From IMG/VR virus record IMGVR_UViG_3300033149_004566, positions 32,001 through 96,000 of that record: a stretch of DNA of 64,000 bases. One strand, 5' to 3'. Position 1 is the stretch's first letter; every line of letters begins with the position of its first letter. The position numbers were made by a program, and so were the translations under genes. Origin of the DNA: a virus. This document shows positions 18,321-27,722 of the stretch, in pieces. Below the pieces are notes generated by a model. That model had not been told where the DNA came from. It did no database searches and saw nothing but the letters and a program-made list of their open reading frames with translations.

Positions 18321-19989
18321 TCCGTTTTTGGATGATTTTCTAAAAAAATACGATTTCAAGGGCATGGATGATAACAGAATCATGAAGATGCTCTTGTCGT
18401 CTTTAGATTGGTCTACGTTTGCGGAAACGTGGTTTAGAAACCCAATAGATCCCACGCTACCATTAAAATTGGAAAAGTTTCAGCGCCGCATCATAAATTA
18501 TTTTCAATACGGCAAGTGCAGTAACATAATTGTCAAGTGCCCCCGTCAATTTGGTAAAACCACTCTCATATCGATATTGTGTAATTTAATTGCCATTTTT
18601 GATCCGGGTGCTAAGATAGGCCTATTTTCTACATCACACGACCAGTCCAAGGAGATATTGGGTAAGGTCAGGAAATTCATGAGAACGTCGGCATTTTCTT
18701 ACTTACTTGACGATAAAAGCGTTCAAACGCAAACCGAAATAAATTATAAGGATCCTCGCGGCCTTGGGCATGGGTGCAGGATTAAAGCGTATTCTAGTTC
18801 TGGCAAAACCGTTCGTGGCCCCGATTTGACTTACACGTTTATGGATGAAATGGGCCAAATGGACGACGACTTCGTAAATCAGGTTGTCCGTCCGATGGGA
18901 AGGGCTGTTGGAAAGAAAGAACTCGGGGCAAGCACTCCTTTCGGTACGAGGGGCGAGTTTTGGAACTCACATGAGAAGCCGTATCATTGGGAATGTCAAT
19001 CGTGTCATGCTAAGGGCTTTGATGAACCACACCCTTACACGTGCCCGAAATGCGGCGGTTCAGTTCAGACTCTTGGCCAATATAAAGTGTTTGATGTTTC
19101 ACCTCTTGACGTGTCTTGGATCACGCCCGAAAAACTTGCGGCAGAAGCTGCACGTCTCGGCCCGATTGCAGCGCAACAGGAGCTGTTTGGAGAGTTTATC
19201 CCGGCCGGAGATACTTATTTTAGACACGACTGGATAGTGAATGCCAGGGTTTTCACGCCAGAGCAAAATTCAAGATTTTCATCCATGGGAAAACCGTATT
19301 ATACCTATTATCTTTCCACGGATTATGGTAAACAACGTGATAGAGGCGTGATCATGATAGGCCATTTTCAGGATGACGTGTTGTATCTGGATTGGGTCGA
19401 ATCACATCTAAAAATGCCGTATCCAAGATTTCAAGATAGAATGAAAACTCTTTGTGATAGATATAATGTTTCAGAGGCCATTTTGGATGGGAACGGTGTC
19501 GGAATTGCTCTCATAGATTATCTCCGCGAGGACGTGCAGGTGCCGATTTTTACCAACAAGCCCGATTTGGGCCCCGGATATAAGTACGGTAACAAGGAGA
19601 AATTTCAGATGTTGGAAGCTCTTGCCAACATGTTGATACGGAAGAGAGTTCGTTGGCCGTATCATGAAAATCACTCTGACCCGAGGCAGGAAATGTATGA
19701 GTTATACATGATGGAGCAGGAGCTCATCAATTATTCTTATGAATGGGGAAAATCGTCAATCATAATGGGAACTCAGAGCGAGCACGACGATAGGGTCATG
19801 GCTTTGGCACAGCTCGTTGGGGCAACAATGATGACACATTTTGACGATGTCATGCCGTATGGGGCTTCTGACGTGTCAAGAGATGATCGCGGATGGCCGG
19901 TTTTTGACGAGGTCGGGGAAGAATTTGACGTGATGTGGGTTGATAACACGACGGATCCGGAGTACGAAATATATGACACCATCTTCTGA
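18301..19989 (+). CDS. terL: Terminase large subunit
   Basis: Walker A PRQFGKTT, Walker B TFMDE, motif III ASTP, nuclease STDYGK..D, DGNGVG, HDDRVMA. Confidence 0.97.
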   Translation: MDVRSISPFLDDFLKKYDFKGMDDNRIMKMLLSSLDWSTFAETWFRNPIDPTLPLKLEKFQRRIINYFQYGKCSNIIVKCPRQFGKTTLISILCNLIAIFDPGAKIGLFSTSHDQSKEILGKVRKFMRTSAFSYLLDDKSVQTQTEINYKDPRGLGHGCRIKAYSSSGKTVRGPDLTYTFMDEMGQMDDDFVNQVVRPMGRAVGKKELGASTPFGTRGEFWNSHEKPYHWECQSCHAKGFDEPHPYTCPKCGGSVQTLGQYKVFDVSPLDVSWITPEKLAAEAARLGPIAAQQELFGEFIPAGDTYFRHDWIVNARVFTPEQNSRFSSMGKPYYTYYLSTDYGKQRDRGVIMIGHFQDDVLYLDWVESHLKMPYPRFQDRMKTLCDRYNVSEAILDGNGVGIALIDYLREDVQVPIFTNKPDLGPGYKYGNKEKFQMLEALANMLIRKRVRWPYHENHSDPRQEMYELYMMEQELINYSYEWGKSSIIMGTQSEHDDRVMALAQLVGATMMTHFDDVMPYGASDVSRDDRGWPVFDEVGEEFDVMWVDNTTDPEYEIYDTIF

Positions 19990-20746
19990 CTTGCGGCCGA
20001 AAATATCCCTTTTTACGTTATTGCCTTACGTGATTCAGGAGCATAAAGCCAAGCGTGCCGGCTTACACTACGACTTTCGCGTGAAGCGCGGCGAAAATGA
20101 TTGGGAATCCTGGGCGATAAGAAAGGGATTTCCGAAAAAGCCCGGGATAAAACATCTGGCCGCACCGACGCCGAGTCATGATGAATATTGGGCAAAATTT
20201 AGCGGCGTCATACCCAGGGGTTACGGCTCCGGTAGACAGAAAGTCGTTGAAAGCGGAAAAATAGACGTGATAAGGGAGCGAAAGAAAAAAAATAAATCGA
20301 TTACTTTCAAAAAGGGAAAAGATTATTACACCATGATAAAGTTAAAAAAGGGAAAAAATTGGTTGATTTTTAAAAACGAGTCGGTGAAGTGGCGCAGGAC
20401 GAAGAGCGGGGGCAAATTTCCGAAGATCGATGAGATGGAAAAGGGAATGCCAAAAATGACGAACAAGCAATATAAGGAGTTTTACAAGCGGATGTTGGAC
20501 TTGGGCTTGTTGAATCAATATAAAACGATTGGTAAGCCCATAAAACAGGATCATGGGGGCATACCCATAATAGAAGATGGAATGTCGGCTCTTTCGGCTT
20601 ATCCTACAGCTATAGGGGAAGTGTGTCCGAAATGTGGACACCCGGAAATAAAAACGTGGCAGCGTCAGACTAGATCTGCTGACGAACCGATGACGCAGTT
20701 TTTCAGATGTGTCAGGTGCGGATATACCTGGAGGGAATACGATTGA
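19973..20746 (+). CDS. LigD 3'-phosphoesterase domain fused to TFS/TFIIS C-terminal zinc ribbon
   Basis: YVIQEH.A.RAGLHYDFR...SWA..KG.P..PG.K.LA...H...F.GVIP.GYG.G; C-terminal CPKCG...QTRSADEPMT.FFRC..CGYTWRE. Confidence 0.92.
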   Translation: MTPSSDLRPKISLFTLLPYVIQEHKAKRAGLHYDFRVKRGENDWESWAIRKGFPKKPGIKHLAAPTPSHDEYWAKFSGVIPRGYGSGRQKVVESGKIDVIRERKKKNKSITFKKGKDYYTMIKLKKGKNWLIFKNESVKWRRTKSGGKFPKIDEMEKGMPKMTNKQYKEFYKRMLDLGLLNQYKTIGKPIKQDHGGIPIIEDGMSALSAYPTAIGEVCPKCGHPEIKTWQRQTRSADEPMTQFFRCVRCGYTWREYD

Positions 20747-21054
20747 GCGTGACGTATAACGGTTACACGGCAATACAGCCGAGAGTCATGTTGAAAGAAT
20801 ATATTAAGAGGACAAATAATATTCCAGAAAGACGCGATGATAAATATGATAGAAATCCGAAAGGAAAACATGCTAAATTAAAAACAAAAGAACCGAAGAG
20901 ACCCAAATATGATAAGAGTAATAGTAAGCCCGGACTTACCGATGATCAGATTCGTGGAAACCCGAAGGATTGGAAAAATTATACGATCGTGTTAAAAAAT
21001 GTCAAAAAGATGCCGAAAATGGTTTTTGATCAATATGAGAGGTGTAGGGTTTAA
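20743..21054 (+). CDS. Hypothetical basic protein
   Basis: Coupled to the portal start (TAATG). Confidence 0.55.
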   Translation: MSVTYNGYTAIQPRVMLKEYIKRTNNIPERRDDKYDRNPKGKHAKLKTKEPKRPKYDKSNSKPGLTDDQIRGNPKDWKNYTIVLKNVKKMPKMVFDQYERCRV

Positions 21055-22865
21055 TGGACGACGAATATGACGCATGGATGGACGTGTACAAGCCGGAAAG
21101 AGTTGAAATTGAGAATTATGAAGATATAAATGATCTTTCTAATAGCATCGTGTCCATGGAGGTTGGGTACGAAGTTGCCATAAATATAGAAGATACGGCA
21201 CAGGAAGACGTCAATTGGTATTATCAAACGCAGGACGAAGAAATACGCCGCCTGAAAAGGCATCTCATTAAAAAAACACCGCAAAATTTGAGTTGGGCGT
21301 TTTGGGAAGATGATACTGCACAAGCATTTGCCATGGTTATAACTTATACTATAATAGGTGATGGCATAAGAGTGCGACCGAGAAAGGACGGCTTGAAGAA
21401 AAAGAAAAAAGAAAAATTAGAAAGAATTATAGATGATTTCAATAACAATATCAACGAACGCGGAGAAGACGTGTATGATATAATTCATCAAGCCGTGATA
21501 GGTAACGTGATACATGGAAAACAATTATTTAAAAAGGTGTTTAGAAAAGATCCGTACACTGGAAAGGAATATTTGTCTCTTTATGAAATAGACATGAGAA
21601 CCATATCTGAACTTGTAAATCCCATTCATGGATACAGGAAGTTCGTGCAGGATCATTACATTAATGAAGAATTGCGCGACATTGATAGAAAAACATTCAT
21701 GGAAACGTACGATCCTTTTATAAATCCGGAAGATAAAAAAGTGATTAATATGGGAATTGCGAGGCACAGGGTTCCGGTTTATGATAATGAAGTTCTTTTC
21801 TTTAAATTTTATAAAAAGCCCCCAATGAGATCTATTGTTGATCTAATAGTTTATAAAAAATGGATTTATTATTTCATGAAACAGGCCGCCAAAGTTAGGG
21901 GCGTTCCGCCTCCAGTAATTACCGTTGGCAATCAGCAGAGCCATCCGACTTCACGTGATTATCCAAAGTATCTAAAAAGGGCCGCTCAAATTGGTGGAAA
22001 ATTAAAAAATTGGGATGCCCTTTCGATGCCTTGGAATTGGGCAGTACAGTGGATGGAAGGTGGAAGGCCGTTTGATTTCACGCCACATCTTCAATTTATC
22101 AATAGGAGAATTGTTTTCTCATTGCTCGGTTCGATATCTCTCTTGGAAGGCGCATCTGGAGAGCTTCATGGCCATGTCATAGAAACGGTTTGGCTTCGTG
22201 TAATTTCAGCATTTAGAAGAAAAATAGCTAGGGTGTTAGAAAAGTGCTACAATGAAGTACTCAAGATGAATGGCATCAACGAGGAAGTTGTCATTGAGTG
22301 GACGCCTTTACGTGAGCCCATTAGTAAAGCTGAAATTGCCGCGATATTATCATCGTTATTCCAATTGAATGCTCTGAAGGATGTTAATGAGTTACGTGAA
22401 TTATTTTCAAAGAATGGCATAATAGATTTGTCTCCGATGGATGAAGATGAAGAAGAAAAAGGCTACGCTGGTACCGGAGTTGAAGAATTGATAACGTCGG
22501 TTATGCCGGTACAAATGGAAAATAAAATATTAAAACAAAAACTCGAAGAATTTAGTAAAACTGGCGATTTCAATAGAAAACAAGTTCACGTGAAAAATTT
22601 AAAAAGAAGCCTGTCGATGTTGAACAATTCTTTGGGAACTGAACAGGCAAGACCCGAAAAAGCCGTGAAAAAACCGTCGATAAAAACTCCCATGAATCCA
22701 AAACCGGATTCACTTGGTCATTCATCTTTGAAGATACCATCTTTGAAGGTAAAAAAGGAAGGACAGCAATACATGGAAGCATCATCCGACGATGAAAGCA
22801 CGTGTTATGAGGAAGACGGCGTGAAAAAAGGATATTGCCCGGAGGAAATAAAAAATGGAAAATGA
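21054..22865 (+). CDS. Portal protein
   Basis: Position after TerL; 603 aa; GDGIRV, HG...KK, K..GVP pattern. Confidence 0.85.
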   Translation: MDDEYDAWMDVYKPERVEIENYEDINDLSNSIVSMEVGYEVAINIEDTAQEDVNWYYQTQDEEIRRLKRHLIKKTPQNLSWAFWEDDTAQAFAMVITYTIIGDGIRVRPRKDGLKKKKKEKLERIIDDFNNNINERGEDVYDIIHQAVIGNVIHGKQLFKKVFRKDPYTGKEYLSLYEIDMRTISELVNPIHGYRKFVQDHYINEELRDIDRKTFMETYDPFINPEDKKVINMGIARHRVPVYDNEVLFFKFYKKPPMRSIVDLIVYKKWIYYFMKQAAKVRGVPPPVITVGNQQSHPTSRDYPKYLKRAAQIGGKLKNWDALSMPWNWAVQWMEGGRPFDFTPHLQFINRRIVFSLLGSISLLEGASGELHGHVIETVWLRVISAFRRKIARVLEKCYNEVLKMNGINEEVVIEWTPLREPISKAEIAAILSSLFQLNALKDVNELRELFSKNGIIDLSPMDEDEEEKGYAGTGVEELITSVMPVQMENKILKQKLEEFSKTGDFNRKQVHVKNLKRSLSMLNNSLGTEQARPEKAVKKPSIKTPMNPKPDSLGHSSLKIPSLKVKKEGQQYMEASSDDESTCYEEDGVKKGYCPEEIKNGK

Positions 22866-22992
22866 TGAGGTTTATGCAACCGTTGTAAGATACGCGTGTA
22901 AGACACCGCATAAAAAAATACGATCCAAGGGAAAGGGACGCGGAAAAGCCAGGGGCAAGGGTAAAGGCCCGATTGGTATTCCTATAAAGTAG
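22855..22992 (+). CDS. 45-aa Gly/Lys-rich microprotein (not in ORF track)
   Basis: ...CKTPHKKIRSKGKGRGKARGKGKGPIGIPIK; GGAGG SD. Confidence 0.65.
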   Translation: MENDEVYATVVRYACKTPHKKIRSKGKGRGKARGKGKGPIGIPIK

Positions 22993-23002
22993 AGGTGTTA
23001 AA

Positions 23003-23263
23003 ATGGATTCATCCATATGGTTGATGGAAGTTGTTCGTCTCGAATCTGAAAAATGGAAAGACGAGGATACTGAGCCATCTGAAGGAATGTCTGAAGAGGA
23101 AAAATCTGAAGTTGTAAAAAAAGCGAAAAAAGGTAAAGATATCGGTAAAAAGGGAAAAAAATTTAAAGAAGTGGCTGAAAAAGCGGCAGAAAAGTACGGA
23201 TCTAAAGAAGCCGGTGAAAAAGTTGCTGCTGCCGCAATGTGGAAAAATTTGAAAGGTAAATGA
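23003..23263 (+). CDS. Small Lys/Ala/Glu-rich putative head-associated protein
   Basis: KKAKKGKDIGKKGK.F..VA..A...YGSKEAGEKVAAAAMWK; GAGGTG SD. Confidence 0.7.
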   Translation: MDSSIWLMEVVRLESEKWKDEDTEPSEGMSEEEKSEVVKKAKKGKDIGKKGKKFKEVAEKAAEKYGSKEAGEKVAAAAMWKNLKGK

Positions 23264-23266
23264 TCA

Positions 23267-25525
23267 ATGATACCCGTGTCCGTATTGATGGAACCGCCCA
23301 AGGTGGTAAAAGATCCTTTAAAATCATCGTCATTGATAAAGTCATTCGTGATGATGAATAAAATGAAATTTAAGGGTCTGGTTCCAAAAATAATGGACGC
23401 TATCAGGCAATCCAGGCGCGTTGTTCAGATGGAAACCGGTGCACGATATCTCAAGAGATACATCGATAACATGTTATATAATAGCATTGTCGATCCGCAT
23501 TTATTGGATAGGATGAAGTCATTCGTGGAAAACACGTATATTCAACACTCTAGAATGTTGCAAGAAGAATTGTATAAATTGAAGATGGTTCCCACGACAA
23601 TGGCCGTCATGACTCCTACTGATGAGGACAGGGTAGAGGATAGAAAGGATACTATAGAAAAAATGGCAAGCCTGGAAGCCGAACGCTTGAGTGCGAGGAT
23701 TCATGACATAATAGATAGGGCTTATCATAATGCCGAACCGTTATACAAAATAAAAAAAGAACTACAAAAATCCATAAAAGTTAGCAAGAAAGAATCCGCT
23801 AGAATTGCCAGAACCGAGCTCATAAAAACCATGAACTTGGCCAGGTTGGAACGTATGACTTCATCGGGGATCGAATATTATCAGTGGGTTTCGGCTCCTT
23901 CGTTTGATGAGAGATTGTGTCCTTTATGTGGCGAATTAAATGGAAAAGTAATAAAGTTGGGCAGGTCGTTTTCGGATTTAGTGCGAAACGAATCATCCAA
24001 GAAAATAATGGGAACTAGACAGATCTATTATCCTCCGGCACATCCGAATTGCAGGTGCACTATAAGGCCATCTTATGCTCCGGTAATTACCAGGCCGTTA
24101 AAAGAACCGAAATTTATAAAGAAAATATTCGATAAGTTTCCTGGCTTGAGGCCCAAAACCTTGATAACACAAAAGATCGGCCCGACTTCGATAGATATCA
24201 TACAGGCGGAAGAATTAGAGGACTGGCACGAATTGCACGATTTATATTTAAATGAATCGAAAAGATGGGGTGGCGATCTTCGTAAGCGATTGATATATCA
24301 GGCGATGGAAGCAAAAAATAGGGCAATGAAGGAAGACATAGAATTATTCGAGCGCGATAACTTGGAGGAAATGGAAAAGCCGAAATGGACGCATTATCCT
24401 TTAACAAAAGATGAAATTTATTATCATTATGCGCGAAATTGGGATAAATTGTATCCGGAATTGAAGGGCCGAAGAGTGGCGATCCGTAACCGCAGGGGCG
24501 TCATTTTACGTAATTGGGAGCCCGGTGGAAAGCCCATAGAAATAAAAAATAAAAATGATTTAAAAAAAGTAGTCTATAATAAAAATGCGGTTGAATTGAT
24601 TCCGGAGTTGAGCACCAAAAGGATGAAACCATCAAATACAAGAAGGTTTCTCGTGGATTTAGATTCAAATAGACCGATAGACGAGACGGTTGTCAAAAAA
24701 ACAGTTGAAAAAATGAAAACGCTGCCGGTCAATAATGTTCAGGTTATATTTTCCGGGAAGCGTGGATATCACGTTAGAGGTGATACAAAAAAGAGTTACA
24801 CGTGGAAAAAAGCGAGAAAAATGCTTCGTGAGGCGATGAAGCCTCTATCAGAACAATACAATGATATAATTTTTGATTTATCACCCATGAAAAGACGTGG
24901 AGTTAGTGTATCTCCTTATAGTTTGAGATATTTGCCGACAGAAAGACAGGGCGTTGCACATCACGTGCAATTTGAAGAGTGGTATGAAAAGGGTGCGTTA
25001 GGCACGCGGGACATAATTCCGGAAAAATTAAAATTGCCTAGCGGAAGAAATGCTTTCTTCAGGAAAACGTTTCTTGGCATCCAAAAACGAAAGTTGTATA
25101 CCGAACAGGAATATAAATTGCAGGCGGCTTTACCGATCATATCGGCATTGAAACACGATCTCGATTTATCCGATTCGGTACAAAAAGAAGCGAAAAGGAT
25201 ATTTAAAAAGGCTTATAGTAGCGGGATAACACAGGGTAGAAAAACATCGTCCAATGCCGCGGTATCTGTTTACAATGCCATGAGATCGTTGGGAATGAGC
25301 AGGCCGATAAAAGATTTTCTTCCGCATGCAAATGTAAAGACCGGATCTTTTGTCAGGGCGGTTAAAAAATTTCAGGACGCTTTAAACTTGCCAAAATTTA
25401 AAGTCGGAAAGCGCGCCGACGTGGAAGAGGCAAGAAAGTATTATAAAAGCATGAAACGTACCGGTATAAGCAAGCGTAAAGTTGCAAGAATGTTTGGCGT
25501 GTCTCCGTCGAGTATAGGTGATTAG
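23267..25525 (+). CDS. Polyvalent head morphogenesis protein: MuF (SPP1 gp7) + LigD-type primase-polymerase + TFB cyclin repeat + HTH
   Basis: RIARTE, YQW...DERLCPLC, PPAHPNCRC; YY..NW..L.P.L.GR, VDLD, FSGKRGYHV; L.LS..V..EA..IF.KA......GR......A..VY.A.R. Confidence 0.9.
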   Translation: MIPVSVLMEPPKVVKDPLKSSSLIKSFVMMNKMKFKGLVPKIMDAIRQSRRVVQMETGARYLKRYIDNMLYNSIVDPHLLDRMKSFVENTYIQHSRMLQEELYKLKMVPTTMAVMTPTDEDRVEDRKDTIEKMASLEAERLSARIHDIIDRAYHNAEPLYKIKKELQKSIKVSKKESARIARTELIKTMNLARLERMTSSGIEYYQWVSAPSFDERLCPLCGELNGKVIKLGRSFSDLVRNESSKKIMGTRQIYYPPAHPNCRCTIRPSYAPVITRPLKEPKFIKKIFDKFPGLRPKTLITQKIGPTSIDIIQAEELEDWHELHDLYLNESKRWGGDLRKRLIYQAMEAKNRAMKEDIELFERDNLEEMEKPKWTHYPLTKDEIYYHYARNWDKLYPELKGRRVAIRNRRGVILRNWEPGGKPIEIKNKNDLKKVVYNKNAVELIPELSTKRMKPSNTRRFLVDLDSNRPIDETVVKKTVEKMKTLPVNNVQVIFSGKRGYHVRGDTKKSYTWKKARKMLREAMKPLSEQYNDIIFDLSPMKRRGVSVSPYSLRYLPTERQGVAHHVQFEEWYEKGALGTRDIIPEKLKLPSGRNAFFRKTFLGIQKRKLYTEQEYKLQAALPIISALKHDLDLSDSVQKEAKRIFKKAYSSGITQGRKTSSNAAVSVYNAMRSLGMSRPIKDFLPHANVKTGSFVRAVKKFQDALNLPKFKVGKRADVEEARKYYKSMKRTGISKRKVARMFGVSPSSIGD

Positions 25526-26093
25526 ATTGCCGATAACAGTAAAAATGAGCTCTTTAAAATTAAAAAGGTTGATTCCACAGGCAATATATCATATAAAAAG
25601 CGAAGCCGCGCAAATATTGATGTTTAGCATAATAGAAGTTTTCATGCAACAGGGACTTCCGGATGAACAATGGAAGCAGTTGTCGGCGATAACTGTCGAG
25701 AAAAAACACTCCAGATCTATTTTGATAGATAAGGGATTTTTGATGAACTCCATTACGGTTGGGCCAATCGATGTTGATAAACCCGTGGAAGTTGGAATAT
25801 TTGAAGGGCCCGCTCTCAGGTATGCTTGGATACATGAGTTTGGTGGCACGATTCCGGTTACTGACAGCATTAGAAAATTTTTTATAGCAAAGACCGCAGA
25901 AGAACGAAGACAACGTCCAGGATTGCCTGAAGATTCTTACACGTGGCATCCTTTGAGAAATGATACTAACGTGATATCAATTCCGGCAAGACCCTTTATG
26001 AGGTGGGGCGCCATCATTGCACGTCCTAAAATTAGTAAAATGGCTGAAAGAGTTTGGTATACGATGATTAATCAGGGATTGATAATTAAATGA
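25518..26093 (+). CDS. Virion morphogenesis protein (Mu gpG/P2 S-like)
   Basis: W..LS..T, LID.G.L.NSI, YAWIHEFGG, IPARPFM. Confidence 0.9.
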   Translation: MIRLPITVKMSSLKLKRLIPQAIYHIKSEAAQILMFSIIEVFMQQGLPDEQWKQLSAITVEKKHSRSILIDKGFLMNSITVGPIDVDKPVEVGIFEGPALRYAWIHEFGGTIPVTDSIRKFFIAKTAEERRQRPGLPEDSYTWHPLRNDTNVISIPARPFMRWGAIIARPKISKMAERVWYTMINQGLIIK

Positions 26094-26926
26094 AAACATT
26101 ACCCATTTATACGTTGCAAGACACTCTAAATCCTGAAATTTGGATAGGAGATGGTAAAAATGCAAGATTGCGAAAAAAAATTAAAAATGTCATCATGGAT
26201 TCCGTTCGTAAATCTTTGGATAAATACGGTGGTAAGCCAAAGCGTATCATCATCGTTGGCTCCTCTGTTGCTTATAGATGGCGAAAAGACGGTGATATTG
26301 ACGTACACGTTGAGGGAAAATTTCCCATCAATGACTATGAGGTGGACGAATATAAAATACCCGGATCAAAATTGACTATAGAGGTGGTATTAACCAATCA
26401 AAAATTTCCCAGTACAACGCGCGCTGAGGGCGTTTATAACGTGGTGATGGATAAATGGATTAAAACTCCAGAACGATTTCCGGGCAAGGTTTATTGGGAT
26501 CCATTAATAGAGGAAGCGTCTTCATGGGCTAGAAAGGTGGATCTCGATATGGGCGAATTAAAACGCGATCTTCTCGAATATATTTTATATAAAGAGAATG
26601 GCGGCGACGAGTCTGCCCTTGCAAGAAAAGCCGACGAAATAAAATCCGATTTGAATAGCATTGTTGATACTTGGGATGCTCTAAAAAATGAAAGAACGAA
26701 GGCACTTTCCGGCGATTCCGACGACACGAGGTTTTTTAAAAATCCGAGCAAGTCATCCATGTTGCAACCGGAAAATTTGATATTTAAAATACTGCAGAGA
26801 TTTCAGTACAACGATTTGATGAAGCGCGTGAAACAACTCGTCAGGGATCTTCAGGACGAGACGAATTTTGATGTTATTGAGAGGATAATAACGAGATTTT
26901 TGAAGAAGGAAAGGTGGATTAAATGA
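26090..26926 (+). CDS. Pol-beta superfamily nucleotidyltransferase
   Basis: LNPEIW...IIIVGSS..Y.W...GDIDVHV. Confidence 0.85.
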   Translation: MKTLPIYTLQDTLNPEIWIGDGKNARLRKKIKNVIMDSVRKSLDKYGGKPKRIIIVGSSVAYRWRKDGDIDVHVEGKFPINDYEVDEYKIPGSKLTIEVVLTNQKFPSTTRAEGVYNVVMDKWIKTPERFPGKVYWDPLIEEASSWARKVDLDMGELKRDLLEYILYKENGGDESALARKADEIKSDLNSIVDTWDALKNERTKALSGDSDDTRFFKNPSKSSMLQPENLIFKILQRFQYNDLMKRVKQLVRDLQDETNFDVIERIITRFLKKERWIK

Positions 26927-27402
26927 ATAGGAAAGCCAAACTCATGCTCAAAGGTATGAACGAAAGAAATGCAAAGATTTCCAATGAATTAATGTCAATA
27001 GCCATACCCGGAGAACACGGCACGGGAATACCGGTTCTTCATCCGTATCAAAGATTGAGACATTGGTATTTCAAGAAAAAAATGGAACAGGCCAAAAAAT
27101 TGGCAAAAAAATATAAAGAAGGAACTCCTGAATACAGGGCATACATGGATGCATTTAATGTTGCAGTTGGTAAAACTTTAGCGGCTTATAGAAAGAGCCG
27201 CGATCTGACTTTCCCGATGATGGCCGAGTTTGAAGAATTAAAAGAAAAATTGGAAAGATTTGCGTGTCCTAAAAGTGGTGAACGCAGCGGTTATAACGTT
27301 CATGCTGTTTGTACTGAAAGTGTATGCGGCGACGCAGAAGACGTGGAAAAATGTAGAGAATCTGATAAATATAAGAGATGTACTGAAAAGGTAGGAAAAT
27401 GA
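26923..27402 (+). CDS. Hypothetical protein with Cys-rich C-terminus
   Basis: Coupled ORF. Confidence 0.6.
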   Translation: MNRKAKLMLKGMNERNAKISNELMSIAIPGEHGTGIPVLHPYQRLRHWYFKKKMEQAKKLAKKYKEGTPEYRAYMDAFNVAVGKTLAAYRKSRDLTFPMMAEFEELKEKLERFACPKSGERSGYNVHAVCTESVCGDAEDVEKCRESDKYKRCTEKVGK

Positions 27403-27638
27403 TACGTAAAGCTCGCTCTAAAAGACCGTATAAGCCGTTAGATCTATCAAAACGCTTACAGATAATGTTGATGGCAATGGAAGATTATTCAATATCTTCC
27501 ATATCTAAAGAGTTACGTGTTGCTCGTAATACCGTTAAAAAGTATATTGAGCCAAAAGAGAAGGATAGAACTATGACCGACATTGTAGAAGTGGTCAAGG
27601 TCTTGACAAAAAACAAGAAAAAAACTCCATTAGAATGA
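27399..27638 (+). CDS. Helix-turn-helix protein
   Basis: YSISSISKELRVARNTVKKY. Confidence 0.85.
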   Translation: MIRKARSKRPYKPLDLSKRLQIMLMAMEDYSISSISKELRVARNTVKKYIEPKEKDRTMTDIVEVVKVLTKNKKKTPLE

Positions 27639-27722
27639 CGTACAGGCGATTTTAACCATACTTAAAATGACTTATATGATTAATATTAGAGTTTTACGTT
27701 ATTTTTAGTAATATACACTTGA

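Noticed and set aside
18975-19080. Intein in TerL
   Set aside because: Too short; no C...HN splice motifs
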